Assembly (NCBI RefSeq): GCF_001194135.2
Contig: NC_068981.1
Span: 171,403,282 to 171,444,228 of the forward strand
Direction of reading: 5' to 3'
DNA: 40,947 nt
Source of the DNA: Octopus bimaculoides
Lineage: Eukaryota
Numbering within the stretch: position 1 is the first letter of the stretch; the number at the start of each line of letters is the position of its first letter. Positions 37,083-40,947 of the stretch are shown here, one piece after another. The notes under the pieces were generated by a model. That model searched no databases. It was not told the origin of the DNA and worked only from the letters and a program-made list of their open reading frames with translations. A program made the position numbers and the translations under genes.

Positions 37083-37762
37083 ATATTAATAATTATCGCC
37101 AAGCCAACATGGCAGTCCCAAATATAGAACGAATGCTGCCGTGGATTAGCTCCAAGAGGCCATCGCCTCTAGCTAGCTATGTGACACAGGAATCTGTGTC
37201 GTTTATAACTTTCGAACAGGGGAGGTCAGCAGTTTCCCCTNNNNNNNNNNNNNNNNNNNNNNNNNNNNNNNNNNNNNNNNNNNNNNNNNNNNNNNNNNNN
37301 NNNNNNNNNNNNNNNNNNNNNNNNNNNNNNNNNNNNNNNNNNNNNNNNNNNNNNNNNNNNNNNNNNNNNNNNNNNNNNNNNNNNNNNNNNNNNNNNNNNN
37401 NNNNNNNNNNNNNNNNNNNNNNNNNNNNNNNNNNNNNNNNNNNNNNNNNNNNNNNNNNNNNNNNNNNNNNNNNNNNNNNNNNNNNNNNNNNNNNNCCAAG
37501 AGGCCATCGCAACGTCAGTAGTAACGCCTGCTGGGTTCGGCTGCTCTGCATTGACAAGGGGCAACACCCTGAAACTAGTCTAGTCTGCAGATGCTAAACT
37601 AGCAAGGGGAAGCTGCTGACCTCCCCTGTTCGAAGGTTATAAAGGACACAGATTCCTGTGTCACATAGCTAGCTAGAGGCGATGGCCTCTTGGAGCTAAT
37701 CCACGGCAGCATTCGTCCTATATCTGGGACTGCCATGTTGGCTTGGCGATAATTATTAATAT
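37083..37762. repeat. 158 bp inverted repeat (37083-37240 and 37605-37762), 5 mismatches, enclosing an N-gap and a hammerhead motif
   Basis: Base-by-base comparison of the left arm with the reverse complement of the right arm. Confidence 0.95.
37545..37591 (+). ncRNA. Minimal type-I hammerhead ribozyme motif with variant U3-A8 core
   Basis: TCTGCA-TTGACAA-GGGG(CAACA)CCCT-GAA-ACTAG(T)CTAGT-C|TGCAGA: perfect 6 bp helix I and a GUC triplet. Confidence 0.72.
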
Positions 37763-38923
37763 CCAGTACCGCTGCCGTAGTCTCCTTTAGAGAGACTTAG
37801 AAATATTAATATCTCTAAATATATATATATACATATACGCATATATATATGTATATACATTTGTATATGCACATATATATCTATATATACACATATATAT
37901 ATATATATATGTATGTATGAATCTGGATCGTTCTCTTGGAGGCAAATAGATATTCAATTTATATCTGCCATGTAACATTTCCATCTTGATAGACTATAAC
38001 AATTTACCAGTAAACTCCAGATGTTATAATTTTCCACCACACTAATAGTCACTCTACCAAAAAGCAATTAAAACAAAATAAGAACCTGTACTATCTTAAG
38101 TGCTCTATGCAGACCAACCGGGACACCAGCAACAAGCAGAGACATTTACGAGAACGAAAACATAATTATCGCAACCGAGTAATTTCCTTCATCCGCCCTC
38201 AATTGCATATCAACCTGATTTCGGTAACTTAAGACTGCATTACTACTTTTGATGGTATCAAACATTATTAAAAATGATTTTCCAACGCTGTTCGGGAATA
38301 TAAATTATCAATTACTATTTTGTACGCAGAAAATTAACCAAAGATGTCTAACTCAAAAATACAAACATTGAAGAAGAAAATTAATTGTATATAAATAAAT
38401 AATTAGAAATGCATCGTCCTACATAACTTAAATACTAATAAATGAATAGATAAATAAATAAATAATTGAAATTAAATATCATAAGAAACACACCTTGCTT
38501 TCTAAAAAAAAAGGAGATGAGACAATGTATAAAAGAAAATAGTTTCGATGATCAACGCTTAACGCAGATCATGTTATGAGAGAGTCACCATTAGGCAATG
38601 GCAAGGAAGGGAAAAGAGAAAAAGAACTAATTAAGCGTGAAGGGCACAGAATCAATCCACGTGGGTAACGCTTAATATGACTGAAGTATATATCCTTTCA
38701 CTAGTTTCGTTATAATTTAAGCATTATCTGGTAATAATCCTAAACTTTGATTTGCAGCTTAGGTAAATTACTAGCTTGAAACAATCACAAACTTAATTTA
38801 TCGTTGTGGAAATCTAGGCTACAATTAAAGTGATTAATTAATCATATTACATTAGAACAAGGCCCAACCGTTCGTTCTATAATATTAGTTACGTGCGTCA
38901 ATATTTTATATGATTATTGGTTA

Positions 38924-40372
38924 CAGTGGGGGGGGAATAAATATTCGTACATGTCAAAATTCTTTATTTATTTCATTTCTAATGACCATAAATGGGATAT
39001 ACCAATACTATATTTGCATACACATGCATAAACTAAGAATATGCAAAAGAAACTAATAAATTTTAGTAACTAATGAATTTATATACAATTATAAATATTT
39101 AGGGGTGAAAAAAGTATTCGTACAGAATAAATTTATGAGTTTCTATGCCACAAAAATACTGTTAAAATATTTTTTTTTACTAGAACTTTCTCGTTTCTTC
39201 CAATAATCTTATCAGTGGTCATTTTAAGTGTCAAAACGCTATCTTCTTCATTCAGCACCGAGACAACATAAGGTTGTGTCGTAATAATGGCGAAAAGTAA
39301 AGAACTCACAAATTCAGTGAAAAACTTAATTATTGAACAGTGGAAAGCAGGTAGAAGTTACAGGAAAATATCACAGACCCTTTGTATTCCATTTTCTACC
39401 ATATCTTCATTTATTCAAAGATATAAAAAGATTGGGACCTGTTGAAAACAGAATAAGATCCGGTGCACCACGCAAGATTTCCCTTAGATCTTTAAGAAAA
39501 ATGAAGTGAAGAATCGAAAAAAACGCAATGATCACCAGAAAGGAGTTGCAAGAAGATTTGTTAGCTTCAGGGACCAGTGTTACACTATGGACAATCAGCA
39601 ATGAACTTCATAGGAATGAAATGAAGTCATGTTCTCCTAGAAAAACTCCACTGTTGACTAAAAGGCATAGAGATTCCCGTTTAAAATTTGTTTATGAACA
39701 TAAAGATAAATCTGATACATTCTGGGAAAAATGTTCTTTGGACAGACGAGTCGAAAATTTTATTGTTTGGACGAAATTCGCATAGCCATGTTTGGTGGAA
39801 AGATGGTACCACCTATTCGCCGAAAAACACAATTCCTACTGTAAAGATTGGAGGTGGCCACATCATTGTGTAGGGGTGTTTCTCTGCAAATGGCACTGGC
39901 AATTTACATGTGATAGATGGTAGAATGAATACAAAGACGTACCATAATATTTTGAACACTAATTTATGGGACTCTGTAGAAAAGCTCCAGGTTTGTGAAG
40001 GGTGGGTTTTACAACAAGATAACGACCCTATGCACAGGGCGAAGTCTACCAAAAATGGATTGTCAATCACAATATATAAATTATTAGAATGGTCAATCCA
40101 GACACCTGACTTGAACCCCATTGAAAATTTGTGGCGTTATTTGAAAAGTAAAATTCATTCAAGAGCTCCAATGTGCATTCCAGATTTCAAGAAAATTTGT
40201 CAAGAAGAATGGGAAAAAATTCCTAAAGAAACATGCGAGTCATTGATTAAGAACTACAAGAAGAGATTGGTTGAAGTGGAACTGAATAATGGTTATGCTA
40301 CGAAGTATTAAATCAGAATTATCAGTTATTTATGTTCTGTACGAAAACTTTTTTCACCCCTAAATATTTATA
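38924..40372 (+). mobile_element. Tc1-family (DD34E) transposon of IR/DR type; right inverted repeat truncated
   Basis: TA|CAGTGGGG left terminus. An inner repeat at 39090-39127 is inverted at 40335-40372 with 1 mismatch in 38 bp. A complete but broken transposase lies between them. Confidence 0.9.
39287..40311 (+). pseudogene. Tc1 transposase pseudogene
   Basis: MAKSKELT..GRSYRKIS..RSGAPRK..PRKTPLL..VLWTDESK..PTVKIGGG..VLQQDNDPMH..QTPDLNPIENLW..GYATKY*, with several frameshifts and stops. Confidence 0.95.
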
Positions 40373-40947
40373 TCGATGAAAGAAATTTGGGTAATTTAAG
40401 AATTAAGGAAGCTATACTCATACACAGACTAGGGCCCCAAATTAACAACAGGCTGGAGGTTGGTAATCAATATATTTATTAGGTACATCTGGATGCGTGT
40501 AAGTTCATTTTTGATAACATACTCATGTATTATTTGTAACAGAAAGAAAAGAGAGAAAAAAAAAGAAGGGAAAAAAGGAAGCTGCACGTATAACACATAA
40601 CTTAGAAGAAGTGCTACGGATGTGTTAGCACACACGAGATTCAGACATGGCCGACCCCACGCGCTTCTCATAAGGAATTCTGGAAGGAGCTTCGTGAGAC
40701 CACTGCTGAGACACTTCCGGAAAAAAAGAACAGAAAAGTCCGTTGTAAAACCGATTATAGCAGCGACTCCATCAATCCCTAAGGATATCTGAATAAGTAA
40801 TTTTTATTCCGAAATATCATATCAGACTATGGATGATTAAATTGCAACAATTATTATAGTCCATTGTTTGTATTATAGTGCATTTTTGTGTCATTCAAAA
40901 CATTTTATTCGTTATAAATAAGTAAATATATGTATATATATATATAT

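Noticed and set aside
40605-40782. Possible terminal exon on the plus strand ('KKCYGCVSTHEIQTWP..EFWKELRE..INP*')
   Set aside because: The upstream sequence is purine-rich with no acceptor tract, and there is no recognisable homology.

Overview
AT-rich, microsatellite-dense, gapped animal genomic DNA. The SINE families look like those I recall from Octopus, so a cephalopod origin is inferred, not proven. No host protein-coding gene can be supported, and most long ORFs in the supplied track are artefacts of microsatellites or N-gaps. The window is a stack of mobile elements: the 5' part of a young HERO-type RLE retrotransposon (1-1666, minus) anchored in (CA)n; a 5'-truncated R4/Dong LINE inside (TAA)n; a second, much older R4 copy; a chimeric non-autonomous Helitron; several Tc1/mariner relics; and tRNA-derived SINEs. 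The most interesting signals are RNA-structural. First, the HERO 5' leader carries five phased hairpins with unrelated stems but a shared G-GAAA(G/C)A-C loop. Second, there are four sequence-unrelated minimal type-I hammerhead ribozyme motifs, each with a different self-complementary helix III. One of them has a compensated U3-A8 core, and two are associated with long inverted repeats, as expected for Penelope-like pseudo-LTRs.
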